Numbered from the stretch's first letter, positions 27,448 to 37,142 are shown. The stretch: 61,487 nt of DNA from Minisyncoccota bacterium (GCA_041664605.1 JBAYKO010000004.1:1-61487); one strand, 5' to 3'. Numbers and translations: made by a program. Notes: a model not told the origin generated them from the letters alone.

Positions 27448-30400
27448 TTATTTATGTACTGTAACAGATGCACTACCAACATTCTGCATTGCATCATAGG
27501 CTTTAATTAAAATAATGTGATCACCAGCTGTAACTTTTCTACTATTCCATGTATAGCTATATGAAGGACTATAATCGGTAGATTTTTTAACACCATCAAC
27601 CCAAAATTCTACCTTAACCACTCCAATATTATCAGTAACATTAGCAGTTATTGGAGTACTATTTCCAATAGTAGATCCGTTGGTTGGGCTAGTAATGATA
27701 ACTACTGGAGGAGTGGTGTCAGTAAGAGGTTGTGTTGTTGCCGAAGCTGATGACGATTGAGCAGAATTATTCCCTGCTAAATCGTAAGCAGACACTGTGT
27801 ATGAGTAAGTAGTTCCAGCTATTAGTCCTGTATTAGAGTATGAATTAGTTGCTGAGGTACCAATTTGAGTACCACTTCTATATATCTTGTATCCAGTTAC
27901 TCCTACATTGTCAGTTGAAGCTGTCCAAGATAAATTAATTTGAGTTTGAGAAATAGCTGTTGCTGTTAAGTTGGTTGGAGTAGTTGGAGCTGTAGTATCT
28001 AAGGTAATGGTAACACCATCACTTAAACTATTACTAACATTCCCCATCGCGTCTTTTGCCCAAGCATAAAGTGTTTTTGTTCCAGCTGTTGTAAAGATAT
28101 ATGAAGAAGGTGCACTTAATATCCAACCAGTAGCACCAGATAATGGTTTAGTATTTGTTTCAGTTAGTTTGTAACCAATAACTCCAATATTATCTGAAGC
28201 AGTAAAAGTAGTAATTGGAACCGTCAGTGATAAAGAAGTTGCAGGAATTGTAAAAGTATTCACTACAGGAAGAGTTGTGTCAGGTTGTGCAACAACATAA
28301 GTACCTTGAGCAGTAGCAAATTGACTTGGATCATTTGTTTTAACTAATTTTACAATAAAATTATAAGAGCCTGCTTCTTGATCAAGTGGAGATTTCATAG
28401 ACACAACAACGGAAAAAGTTGCTCCCGGAGCTAAGTCAAAACTAATTGGAGACATAGTGCCACTACTATTTCCATAATTTAAATAAGTAAAACCAAGTGG
28501 GACTGATTCAGTAGTAAATGTAAAATTATTTGTTACGAGAGAATTATTAGTAATAAGAACAATATAATTCGATGTTTGACCAGGAGCAGCTGTTTTGGTT
28601 GATGAACTAAAAAGAAAATCAATATTACTCATATTATTTTCATTTGAATTTGAATTAAAAACCACATAAGTAGCTGTAGCAGAAGCACTACCTCCATTTG
28701 TAGAAGAATCATGGAGAGTTACATCAAAATTATAGAATCCATCTACTGTGTTAAAAAGCGAAGTAACTGGTAAAGTGAAAGTACTAGAAGCTCCAGAAGC
28801 TAATGGAATACTAGGAATACTTGTTGCATAAGCAAAACCCGAAGGTAAGCTTTGACTAATATTAAAATTAGCTGTTGCACATGCTGGAGAATTATTATTG
28901 GTAACTGTAACTGAATAATAAAGTGTTTGAGTAGAATAACCATTTTGACTTAGTGGAGAAATATTAATAGTAGGATTATATTTTGCACATAAAGGATGGT
29001 CAACAGTAACTTGCAAAGTTACTGAACTAGATGTGTGAGAATTTTGAGTTATTGTAATTCCATTAATCAAATCATAAAAAGAAGCACCATCAGTCAAAGC
29101 TCCATCTCGAAAATCTAAAGAAGAATTACTATTTGTGCCAGGAGTAGTATCAAGAAAAAATTGTCCATTATGGCCAGATATATGAATACTAGCACCACTA
29201 GTCATAGTAGTAGGTAAAATTGTATCTATCCCAATAGGTTGACGATATCCAATATAATAAGAATCATCTGTGTTCTCTTTTGGAATTTTAAGCACCTGAG
29301 TCCCCGTTGATTCTGTTTCTAATTTTTGAATAGTATATGTGCCACTAGTTGTGACATCTTGAATATTAATACTAGGGATCACATTTAATGCTACTTTATT
29401 AGGGGAATTAGAAAGAGAAAGACTACTACCCTGACCGTTTCCCATAACATCAAATGGGTCACCATATACAGATACAACACAATTTCCAGATGTACTAATT
29501 GCATCAATTCCACAATCATATGTCGAAGAATGACCCAACCCCAAATTGTGTCCAATTTCATGATAAATAGTACTTTTAGTAAGAGGAATCATAACCGTAT
29601 TATCAATACTATTTTTTTGGATTGATATTATACTCAAATCGCCTCCAGCTTCAGCTACTCCAGTCCATGAATTACAAGATGACCATGGAGGAATAATATA
29701 AGAAACAAATTCATAATCACCTAAGTTATAACCAAGGGCTGTAGCTGCAGCAGTAGCAGGTGCTGTAATTTCTCGATAAGACAAACTCCCCCCACAAAGA
29801 TCAGCTTTTGAATATGGCACAGTAACCCAAGGAGTAACAGCCCCAGAGAAAGAAAACTTATTATTGGAATCTTCTTCATAAAAAGTTTTTAAAGAATCAT
29901 TTGTTTCACTAAAATAAATATCGGAAAGTTGAGAAGAGGTTAAATCTTGATTTGTATAATCAGTAAAAGTAAATGGAATAACAAGAGTTTTGTGATCCCC
30001 TAAAGAAGATTGTCCACTAGTTGGAGGAGAAGTTGTTTCAATAATTGAATCGTCACTTACGGCAATATCAAATTGATAAACTATTCCATTTATTGTAATT
30101 TCAGATCCTGGTTCTAAATTTAATTTTCCTTTAGCTGTATGTATTTCATATTTTTTTCCAGTAACGTCAGTAATGTAATTTTTTTCTTTTAAATAACCAG
30201 TTTTTATATTTTCTTCAATTATCTTTTCAAATTTACCTTTAACACTTTTGTTCTGTTCTATTAAAATTTTAACAGATGCAGGTAGTTTATCGTATATCCC
30301 TTTCGGTAAAGAATTTTTTAAAAACTTATTAGTATTATCTTTAATTAAACCTTTCATTACTTCTGTTCTTTCTTGAAGAACAGAAGTAAGACTAGCTAGT

Positions 30401-30669
30401 GCTGTAGCTTTTTGTGTTTCTGAGGCAGACTGATAAGCCTTAATTTCTTTCAGTAAATCGTTATTTAATTTTTCTATGTTAGATTTATTATTTTGTGAAT
30501 TTGATCCTTGAGTAGCATAAGTTTTTTGAATACCCACCAAACATAGTGATGTAAAAAAAAGAGCAGTAATTATAAATACTACCCAGTGCATTTTTGAATA
30601 AAAAGAATTGTCGTGCCAATTACTATACCAGCGACTACTTCTGAGTAAATGATTATGAATTTTTTTCAT
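27448..30669 (-). CDS. Large secreted/anchored metzincin-type metalloprotease (M11/M6-like) with NEW3-like, fibronectin III and Ig-like domains
   Basis: HEIGHNLGLGH, YGDPFDVMG; APTTPTNLTATA..TQINLSWTASTDNVGVTGY (FN3); PVVIITSPTNG...KVEFWVDG (Ig-like). Confidence 0.85.
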   Translation of the reverse strand: MKKIHNHLLRSSRWYSNWHDNSFYSKMHWVVFIITALFFTSLCLVGIQKTYATQGSNSQNNKSNIEKLNNDLLKEIKAYQSASETQKATALASLTSVLQERTEVMKGLIKDNTNKFLKNSLPKGIYDKLPASVKILIEQNKSVKGKFEKIIEENIKTGYLKEKNYITDVTGKKYEIHTAKGKLNLEPGSEITINGIVYQFDIAVSDDSIIETTSPPTSGQSSLGDHKTLVIPFTFTDYTNQDLTSSQLSDIYFSETNDSLKTFYEEDSNNKFSFSGAVTPWVTVPYSKADLCGGSLSYREITAPATAAATALGYNLGDYEFVSYIIPPWSSCNSWTGVAEAGGDLSIISIQKNSIDNTVMIPLTKSTIYHEIGHNLGLGHSSTYDCGIDAISTSGNCVVSVYGDPFDVMGNGQGSSLSLSNSPNKVALNVIPSINIQDVTTSGTYTIQKLETESTGTQVLKIPKENTDDSYYIGYRQPIGIDTILPTTMTSGASIHISGHNGQFFLDTTPGTNSNSSLDFRDGALTDGASFYDLINGITITQNSHTSSSVTLQVTVDHPLCAKYNPTINISPLSQNGYSTQTLYYSVTVTNNNSPACATANFNISQSLPSGFAYATSIPSIPLASGASSTFTLPVTSLFNTVDGFYNFDVTLHDSSTNGGSASATATYVVFNSNSNENNMSNIDFLFSSSTKTAAPGQTSNYIVLITNNSLVTNNFTFTTESVPLGFTYLNYGNSSGTMSPISFDLAPGATFSVVVSMKSPLDQEAGSYNFIVKLVKTNDPSQFATAQGTYVVAQPDTTLPVVNTFTIPATSLSLTVPITTFTASDNIGVIGYKLTETNTKPLSGATGWILSAPSSYIFTTAGTKTLYAWAKDAMGNVSNSLSDGVTITLDTTAPTTPTNLTATAISQTQINLSWTASTDNVGVTGYKIYRSGTQIGTSATNSYSNTGLIAGTTYSYTVSAYDLAGNNSAQSSSASATTQPLTDTTPPVVIITSPTNGSTIGNSTPITANVTDNIGVVKVEFWVDGVKKSTDYSPSYSYTWNSRKVTAGDHIILIKAYDAMQNVGSASVTVHK

Positions 30670-30776
30670 ATTAAATTAATTGTTAAATATTAATAAATAA
30701 CGATATATAAATTATATCATGTTTGTTCTAGTACTATATAAAAATTGGGTATAAAATAAAACTATTATATATAGTA

Positions 30777-31154
30777 TTATTTAGAAATAATAGTTGAATA
30801 TCTCATCATAACTTGATGATCAATAAACAAAAAAGCCGAGTTGGCTTCTTCGCTGTTATCTTTATAATCTATTCCATCTAAAGCTTCCCACAAAGAAAGT
30901 AGGTTTTGTTTCATGGTTACCTCGTCGTCTGTATTAGATAATTCTATTACTAAGCTTGTTGCATTATAAAGATCTTTAATTGTCCAAGCCTCACTTACTT
31001 TTTTAACAGCAAGAGCAAATTTTTCTTTAAGTAATTTTCTTTCTGTTTCATTTTTTACCAGAGAAATATTGTCGAAAATAGAAATAAAACCTGGAATTAT
31101 ATTTTTGGGTTGTTTTTCATTTTGATTATTTAATTCAATTTTATTTTTTACCAT
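30777..31154 (-). CDS. Hypothetical protein
   Basis: ORF only; predicted helical. Confidence 0.55.
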   Translation of the reverse strand: MVKNKIELNNQNEKQPKNIIPGFISIFDNISLVKNETERKLLKEKFALAVKKVSEAWTIKDLYNATSLVIELSNTDDEVTMKQNLLSLWEALDGIDYKDNSEEANSAFLFIDHQVMMRYSTIISK

Positions 31155-31174
31155 AATATAGATCTCAACTATTG

Positions 31175-31246
31175 GGTGCCTGGAGAGAATCGGACTCTCG
31201 ATACCTGTTCCACAAACAGGAGTTTTACCACTAAACTACAGGCACC
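31175..31246 (-). tRNA. tRNA-His(GTG)
   Basis: G-1 GTGCCTG acceptor pairs with CAGGCAC; C73; anticodon arm CCTGT-TTGTGGA-ACAGG; atypical T-loop TCCGATT. Confidence 0.9.
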
Positions 31247-31270
31247 ATGTAATACTTTACAAAGTATTTA

Positions 31271-31771
31271 TTATTTAATTTTCAAATTTTTTTTAAATCT
31301 ATTTTCTTCTTCTTTATGATGGTGCACAAGATGATGACAATTATGACAAAGCCATGCAAGATTCTTTATTAAATTATTTTTTCTATCCTTGTCTATATGA
31401 TGCACAGAAAGGACTCTTCTATCATTTATTTTACATAGCATACATATTTCAACAATCTTATTTCTTGAAAGTACGCTTCTGTAAGCATATAAACCATTTT
31501 TCCAATTAATGTGTTTCGGACCAACAAATTCCTGATTTCGCCAAAGTGTCTGGCAAGATTTACTACAAAAAAACTTTCCGCTTTTTGAAACCCTTAAGGC
31601 CTTTTTTGTTTTATAAGCTTCCTTTCCACAAACATTACATTTGATTATTTTACCAGTTCGCATTCCTTTATATTGACATTCTGAAGAACAATAAATTCCA
31701 TAACCACGTAATAACCAAGATGGTTTTGTGTAAAAGCTTTTATCACAAATTTTACATTTTACATTTGGCAC
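31271..31771 (-). CDS. HNH endonuclease with two N-terminal zinc-finger repeats
   Basis: CKIC...YCSSEC and CNVC...FCSKSC; CMLC...VHHIDKDRKNN...NLAWLCHNCHHLVH. Confidence 0.9.
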   Translation of the reverse strand: MPNVKCKICDKSFYTKPSWLLRGYGIYCSSECQYKGMRTGKIIKCNVCGKEAYKTKKALRVSKSGKFFCSKSCQTLWRNQEFVGPKHINWKNGLYAYRSVLSRNKIVEICMLCKINDRRVLSVHHIDKDRKNNLIKNLAWLCHNCHHLVHHHKEEENRFKKNLKIK

Positions 31772-31827
31772 ATTTAAATTTTATCAAAAAACAAAATTAA
31801 TGTAAACAAAATAGATTCATAACTTTT

Positions 31828-31866
31828 TCCACAAACTTCAGTGTTAACCGTTACACCATAGGCACC
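31828..31866 (-). pseudogene. 5' half of a second tRNA-His, truncated after the anticodon loop
   Basis: GGTGCCTATGGTGTAACGGTTAACACTGAAGTTTGTGGA; the required ACTTC 3' stem strand is absent. Confidence 0.85.
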
Positions 31867-31933
31867 ATATGTAAAAACAGTCTGTTGACTGCCTTTAATT
31901 TATAGCAAATTTATCGGTAATAAGTAAAGCCAA

Positions 31934-32494
31934 TTAAAATTCGTAAATGTATAAGTTTTTACACAAACCAGAATTAGAGTTTTTTAAAATAACTTTCTCT
32001 CTGTAATTTTTAGAGGAAAATTGAAAATCACATGAAACAACTAATGTCCCACTTTTTAATTCTTTTTCTAGTTTTGGTAATAGCTTATCCATTATTTCCG
32101 GAAAAAGATAAACAAAAATTCTATCTGCTTCTTTTAAGTCAATTTCAAAAAAATTTTTATCTATAATTTTTATTTTTTTATCTTTTTTTGTAAAAAAATT
32201 CTTAATTCTTAATAACAAAAGTGGGGTCGGAGCAATTTCTACTCCAACACAATTGATATTCTTAAACTCTTTTTTACAATCAAATAAGACTCTGCCATCA
32301 CCACAACCCAAATCATAAAGTGTCTGCCCATCTTCTAGTTTTAAATTGGTGATAATTTTACTAATGATTTTTTTTGATACAGGTACAAAAGGAACTTTAA
32401 TTCTAAAAGAAAAATATAAACTGTATGTAAAAAACACAAAAAATATTAAAAGACCAAGTAATAAAATAATTTCTATAATAAATAAAATATTCAT
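31934..32494 (-). CDS. Small class I SAM-dependent methyltransferase with N-terminal TM helix
   Basis: VPFVP, YDLGCGDGR, VGVEI, VYLFPE, VVSCDF. Confidence 0.85.
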   Translation of the reverse strand: MNILFIIEIILLLGLLIFFVFFTYSLYFSFRIKVPFVPVSKKIISKIITNLKLEDGQTLYDLGCGDGRVLFDCKKEFKNINCVGVEIAPTPLLLLRIKNFFTKKDKKIKIIDKNFFEIDLKEADRIFVYLFPEIMDKLLPKLEKELKSGTLVVSCDFQFSSKNYREKVILKNSNSGLCKNLYIYEF

Positions 32495-32499
32495 ATTTG

Positions 32500-32583
32500 T
32501 GCGCGGGAGAAGACTCGAACTTCCAAGCCATTGCTGGCACTACCACCTCAAGGTAGCGCGTCTACCAGTTTCGCCACCCGCGC
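32500..32583 (-). tRNA. tRNA-Leu(GAG)
   Basis: GCGCGGG acceptor, CTACC-TTGAGGT-GGTAG, long variable arm, GGAAG-TTCGAGT-CTTCT. Confidence 0.95.
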
Positions 32584-32663
32584 ATAATTAAAAGCGCTAT
32601 CATTATACGAAAAAGTCAGATTTACTTCAAATTTAAAAATCCTCCGACTTATTCGGAGGACTT

Positions 32664-33158
32664 TTATTCTTCTACTTCTTCTTTTCCTATAATTTCTATT
32701 GCTTTCTCTTCGGCTTCAGGTATTTCGTCTTCTTCAATTATATCTTTATTACCTCCTTGGGAAACAACAGTTGCTTTCATTTTTCTTTTTGCTTCTTTAG
32801 CTGCTTTTTCTCTAATATAATAAAGTTTTGATCTTCTTGTTTTTGCTTTCTTTATAATTTCAACTTTATCTATAAGTGGAGAGTATAGTGGAAATATTCT
32901 TTCAACTCCAATACCGCTTGAAACTTTTCGTATTGTAATTGTAGCACCTGCTTCTTTGCCATGTTTTCTTGCAAGAACAATCCCCTCAAAAGCCTGTAGG
33001 CGAAATTTAATAGTTTTTTCAGTTTTTTTGTTTGCCTTGGTCGATATTTTTTCTTCTTTAATTTTGGACCAAACTCGAATAGTATCCCCTGCTTTTATAG
33101 CTAGAGCCTTTCTTTCTTCAGTATTTACTGGTGTTAATTTTTTAATTGAAATTGCCAT
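32664..33158 (-). CDS. rplS: 50S ribosomal protein L19
   Basis: GDTIRV, RLQAFEGIVLA, RKVSSGIGVERIFPLYSP, RRSKLYYIRE. Confidence 0.97.
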   Translation of the reverse strand: MAISIKKLTPVNTEERKALAIKAGDTIRVWSKIKEEKISTKANKKTEKTIKFRLQAFEGIVLARKHGKEAGATITIRKVSSGIGVERIFPLYSPLIDKVEIIKKAKTRRSKLYYIREKAAKEAKRKMKATVVSQGGNKDIIEEDEIPEAEEKAIEIIGKEEVEE

Positions 33159-33197
33159 GTAAGAGCTAATTTATCATAATTCTCATTTTAGAGCAAG

Positions 33198-33959
33198 TTA
33201 TTCTTCAGATTCTACTAATTTAAAGGCTTCTTCGAAATCATCTGGTAAAGGAGCTGTTATTTTCAACTTTTTTCTATCTTCTAAAGAAAATTGCAAAGAA
33301 TATGCATGAAGAGCTACTCTATTAAAACCAAGTGCATAAGGTTTTGAGGAAGTATAAAGGGAATCAGAAACAATCGGATTATTTATATATTTTAAATGAG
33401 CCCTGATTTGATGCGTCCGACCAGTTTTTGGATATACATCTATAAATGAAAATTTTTCTTTGTTATTTTCAAATCTAGCTAAAACTTTATATTGTGTCAC
33501 AGCGTCTCTTTTTTCTCCTCTTATACCTCTCATTGCAGACCACATTCTAAAATCATTTTTACTTCTGGCTATTGGAGCATCAATTGTCCCTTCATCGTTT
33601 TTCACAAAACCCCAAACAAAAGCTTTATAAATTTTCTTCATTGTTCTTTTTTGAAACTGCTCTTTTAAAAAAAGAAATGACTTTTGATTTTTTGCTATAA
33701 CCAAAACACCAGATGTTTCTTTATCTAATCGATGAACTATTCCTGGACGATAAATTTTTACTTCCTTGTTATTTTTTAAGTCAGAAATTATAACTGGTTC
33801 TCCGACTTCCTTCATTTCTGGATATTTTTCTAAAATAAAATCCGCTAATGTTTTTTCATTAGTTTTTCCATCCCCATGAACCATAAGCCCTGCTGGTTTA
33901 TTTATCACGAGAACATTTTCATCTTCATATAAAGTCCAGTCTGAAATAGAATTTCCCAT
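33198..33959 (-). CDS. RluA-family pseudouridine synthase
   Basis: VINKPAGLMVH, RPGIVHRLDKETSG, TGRTHQIRAH, LHAYSL. Confidence 0.95.
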   Translation of the reverse strand: MGNSISDWTLYEDENVLVINKPAGLMVHGDGKTNEKTLADFILEKYPEMKEVGEPVIISDLKNNKEVKIYRPGIVHRLDKETSGVLVIAKNQKSFLFLKEQFQKRTMKKIYKAFVWGFVKNDEGTIDAPIARSKNDFRMWSAMRGIRGEKRDAVTQYKVLARFENNKEKFSFIDVYPKTGRTHQIRAHLKYINNPIVSDSLYTSSKPYALGFNRVALHAYSLQFSLEDRKKLKITAPLPDDFEEAFKLVESEE

Positions 33960-33963
33960 AAAA

Positions 33964-34236
33964 TTAATTTTTACTTGATTTTATTAAAATCTCTTGATCT
34001 ATTTTCTGAAATCTTTCTTGTTCAATCCCATCAATAATCACATTACCTAAAAACATATCTTTCGGTCTTGCCCAAATAAACCCGTCTTCAAGATGGATAT
34101 AAACAACCATTTTCTCCATTGTCTCACTGTGAAAAACCTCGCAAAGAACCTTAGCTTTTGTTCCTTTGTAATGCTTATAGACTTCACCAATTTCAAGTTC
34201 TTTCATAATTAAATATTTTTGCTTATTTCTTTCCAT
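33964..34236 (-). CDS. DUF1653-family protein
   Basis: GEVYKHYKG, HSETMEKMVVY, WARPKDMF. Confidence 0.8.
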   Translation of the reverse strand: MERNKQKYLIMKELEIGEVYKHYKGTKAKVLCEVFHSETMEKMVVYIHLEDGFIWARPKDMFLGNVIIDGIEQERFQKIDQEILIKSSKN

Positions 34237-34673
34237 TCATCACTCAATAAAATAGAATCTTTTAATTTTTCAAGTAAACAAGTTTTTTCTAGATATGTCA
34301 TTTGTGATAATTGTTCTAAAATTTTTTTTAATTTATCATCTAATTCAACGATCTTAATTAAAGTATTAATTTTTTCATCAATATCGTTTCTTATCTCAAC
34401 AACATAAAAACTTTTATTTAAAAGATGGTCTCTAAATGCCAACTGAAAAAATTCATCATCTTTTGTTATTTTATTTTTTACAATAGTATGGGTTGTAGTA
34501 TTATTATCTCTTGAATGAACACAGAAACTTGATTGAATTCCATTTTTCATAATTTCATCAACTATATTTTTAAAATCATCAGTCGCTTCTTATAAAACAA
34601 AACTATTATTATCCTGAAACAGGATAGCACCAATCAATTTATCATTATTAAATACTCGATAATTCATCTTCAT
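34209..34673 (-). pseudogene. Hypothetical gene with an in-frame TAA at codon 28 (34590-34592)
   Basis: ATG at 34673 overlaps the upstream TGA (ATGA) and is in frame with ORF 34209..34550: MKMNYRVF...SFVL*EATDDFKNIVDEIMKNG. Confidence 0.7.
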
Positions 34674-35803
34674 AGTTTAATAATTCCTCCGTTATTTTGA
34701 TAAAACTTTTCATCTCTGATCTTATTACCATAAAAATTAAGAGAATTAGTTCTCTTCTGGAGAGCTTTATAAACATCAAAGTTAGGGTCTTTTGTTTTAA
34801 TAATAGTTTCTATAATTTGAATATCTTTTATATTTAAGTTTTGAATATTTCCACTAAAGTAAACCTCGCAAATTACCGCCCAATATTCAGTAGCTTTATT
34901 ATATAATTCATTTTTTTTGTCTTCACTATTTATTGATTCAACATAACTTGATAGATATCTATCTTCTGATTGAACACGGTCCAAGATATAAAGTAAAAAA
35001 TCTAACCTTTGTTCAATAGAAAGATTATTTATACACTCCCAACTATTACAATGACCAGCCTCATGAGAGAAAGCTGTATTTATGTTTTCCGAAAAATTAA
35101 ATCTAAAAGATGGTTCAAAAAATATTATTTTTGAATTATCATTTGTTAAAGCCCAAGCTTTTTGATCATCGTTAATTCCATAACTTTTTGGAATTTCTTC
35201 TGTCATATTTTCTTGTTTTATTTCTGTAATTTCGCTATTTATCCAATTTTTTGGATAAGTTTGTTCTAAAATTTTATGAAACACTTCAGCAGGTAATGTG
35301 TCTTTACCACAAACTAGATTAGACACAGATATTGGTTTATCTTCCTTTTCTGATATTTCTGGATTGAATCTTTTTTCGATTGTATCAATATTTGCTAAGT
35401 ATTCATCTTCTATTTTTAATGAATGAAAACTAATATCAAGTAAGGAAAAATTATTAATTGTTGGTTCAATTCCTTTTTTTTGCACTTTTATTTCTTCAAT
35501 ATAAATATTATTATTTGGAATATACTTATAACATTCCTCACCTATAAGATTTTTTATCTTAATGATTTTATCTTCAATAGATATTTGTTCTTTTTCTTTA
35601 TTTTTTAGTTTATCATCAATTATTTCTTTTATATTTTTTAAATCTTTATAATTAAAATAATTCTTTCCAACCCCTACAGCAATAGTAAGGGAAAAAATAC
35701 CGATAACAGAATAAAAAACTACTCTAATAGCTTTTGGTATTGAATAATAAGCTTCCATCCAACTATTAAGTATAGTTTCAGATTTATTTATCTTTTCTTT
35801 CAT
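34670..35803 (-). CDS. Membrane-anchored hypothetical protein with HExxH zinc-peptidase-like motif
   Basis: N-terminal TM helix; FSHEAGH and a downstream ATEYWA. Confidence 0.65.
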   Translation of the reverse strand: MKEKINKSETILNSWMEAYYSIPKAIRVVFYSVIGIFSLTIAVGVGKNYFNYKDLKNIKEIIDDKLKNKEKEQISIEDKIIKIKNLIGEECYKYIPNNNIYIEEIKVQKKGIEPTINNFSLLDISFHSLKIEDEYLANIDTIEKRFNPEISEKEDKPISVSNLVCGKDTLPAEVFHKILEQTYPKNWINSEITEIKQENMTEEIPKSYGINDDQKAWALTNDNSKIIFFEPSFRFNFSENINTAFSHEAGHCNSWECINNLSIEQRLDFLLYILDRVQSEDRYLSSYVESINSEDKKNELYNKATEYWAVICEVYFSGNIQNLNIKDIQIIETIIKTKDPNFDVYKALQKRTNSLNFYGNKIRDEKFYQNNGGIIKL

Positions 35804-35832
35804 AATTAAATAATATCAAATTTTAAATATTG

Positions 35833-35904
35833 TGCCCCTGGCAGGAATCGAACCCACATCAACGCCTTAGAAGAGCGCTGCTCTATCCATTGAGCTACAA
35901 GGGC
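35833..35904 (-). tRNA. tRNA-Arg(TCT)
   Basis: GCCCTTG/CAGGGGC acceptor, loop CTTCTAA, T-loop TTCGATT. Confidence 0.9.
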
Positions 35905-35998
35905 TTTTAAGATGTTTTAAATTTTAGCATGAAACCATAAGCCTTTCAATGGGTTTGTGTATTTTGCCATTTTCTGTTAAATTATAAACAATTATGTT

Positions 35999-36074
35999 GG
36001 GCGGTTAGCTCAGTTGGTAGAGCGCTTCATTTACACTGAAGATGTCAGGGGTTCGAGCCCTCTACCGCCCACCA
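35999..36074 (+). tRNA. tRNA-Val(TAC)
   Basis: GGGCGGT...CTTCA-TTTACAC-TGAAG...ACCGCCC-A-CCA. Confidence 0.96.
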
Positions 36075-36079
36075 AATAA

Positions 36080-36108
36080 TAAAAACCTTCAAAAGAATTG
36101 GAGGTTTT
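36080..36108. terminator. Bidirectional terminator
   Basis: aaaaaccttc-aaaagaatt-ggaggtttt. Confidence 0.6.
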
Positions 36109-36125
36109 TATTATTATTATTAATT

Positions 36126-37070
36126 TTATTTAATCCCTTCTAAAGCAAGACCTATGACTGTCGCATAAGTTAGTGAATTTTTAAAACTAATAGCTGGTAG
36201 ATGTTCATTGAAATTACCAACATTTTCCCAAACATTTGCCAATTCAACTTCTATTCTCAGACTAGTTTTTAAATAATCAACTAAACCAATTAGATTTGCA
36301 CTTCCACCACATAATATTATTTTTTCTATTTTTTGATTTTGTCTTCCTTTCCCCCCGCCTGCATCAGCTATGCCAAAAGCATTGCGGGCAGGATCTTTCA
36401 CTAAATGCCAACTGACAAAATATCTATTTAATTCATCTCTTAAAATAGAAACCCCTTCAATTAGTGTTGTATACAACTGTCTATTTTCTTCATCATTTTT
36501 CAAACCATGTATCATTTTTATTTTTTCAGCATCTGAAAATGTTATTCCAAATTTTTTTTTGATCATTGTTGTTAGAAAAAATCCACCAATAGCAGACTTT
36601 GTACTAAACTCTATAAATTTATTATTTACAATAAAGATATCTGAATCCATTTCACCAAAATCAACAACCATATAGTTACTAAAATCATCTTCCTTTAATA
36701 CACATTTTTTTATGGCTTCACTCTTTTTTTCAGTTCCCGTAATTTTAATACCAGCTTCCTTAAAGGCTTTTAAAATACTGTCATCTAGAATTGTTGTTTT
36801 TATAGAATTTACTTTTGTTTCTTTTTTGAAAGTTTTTAAAATGTTTACTAGTTCAGTTTTATTTTTAACCTCCCCCATTTCAATCACTCCCGCCGGAATT
36901 TTTTTTACTCCATATTTTCCTAAAACAATGTTTTTTACCCCGCCATGGCGTGGGTTACCTTCTTTCTTTAACTCAATAAATTTTAAAGAAGTATCTGAAA
37001 TATCAACCCCAAAAGATGAGTTCTTTAAAAAAACTGGTGTAAAAAATTTTTTGTATAGAATACTACTCAT
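36126..37070 (-). CDS. pilM: PilM-like actin-family pilus assembly protein, carrying two in-frame palindromic insertions
   Basis: FGVDISDTSLKFIEL, VVDFG, ILCGGSANLIGL, TYATVIGLAL. Inserts NPRHGGV and PARNAFGIADAGG. Confidence 0.8.
   Translation of the reverse strand: MSSILYKKFFTPVFLKNSSFGVDISDTSLKFIELKKEGNPRHGGVKNIVLGKYGVKKIPAGVIEMGEVKNKTELVNILKTFKKETKVNSIKTTILDDSILKAFKEAGIKITGTEKKSEAIKKCVLKEDDFSNYMVVDFGEMDSDIFIVNNKFIEFSTKSAIGGFFLTTMIKKKFGITFSDAEKIKMIHGLKNDEENRQLYTTLIEGVSILRDELNRYFVSWHLVKDPARNAFGIADAGGGKGRQNQKIEKIILCGGSANLIGLVDYLKTSLRIEVELANVWENVGNFNEHLPAISFKNSLTYATVIGLALEGIK
36354..36392 (-). repeat. CCTGCCC-family element in frame in pilM
   Basis: Minus strand cctgcccgcaatgcttttggcatagctgatgcaggcggg. 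Confidence 0.75.
36937..36956. repeat. Short GC palindrome in frame in pilM
   Basis: accccgccatggcgtgggtt, encoding NPRHGGV. Confidence 0.6.
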
Positions 37071-37083
37071 TTAAGTGTATTAT

Positions 37084-37122
37084 ACCCCGCAGTGAGACTT
37101 TTCTAAAGTTCTACTACGGAGT
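37084..37122. repeat. GTAGTGA/CTACTAC family element, copy 3
   Basis: accccgcagtgagacttttctaaagttctactacggagt, directly upstream of the TATAAT of pilM. Confidence 0.7.
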
Positions 37123-37142
37123 TATACGATTTTTTAAACTAA

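Noticed and set aside
31175-31866. Group I or other intron in tRNA-His carrying the HNH gene
   Set aside because: The downstream tRNA is complete on its own, and its 3' half (ACAGG) cannot pair with the upstream half's anticodon stem (GAAGT). No intron core was seen.
34590-34592. Alternative genetic code
   Set aside because: A single in-frame TAA. TAA, TAG and TGA all terminate well-conserved genes elsewhere in the window.
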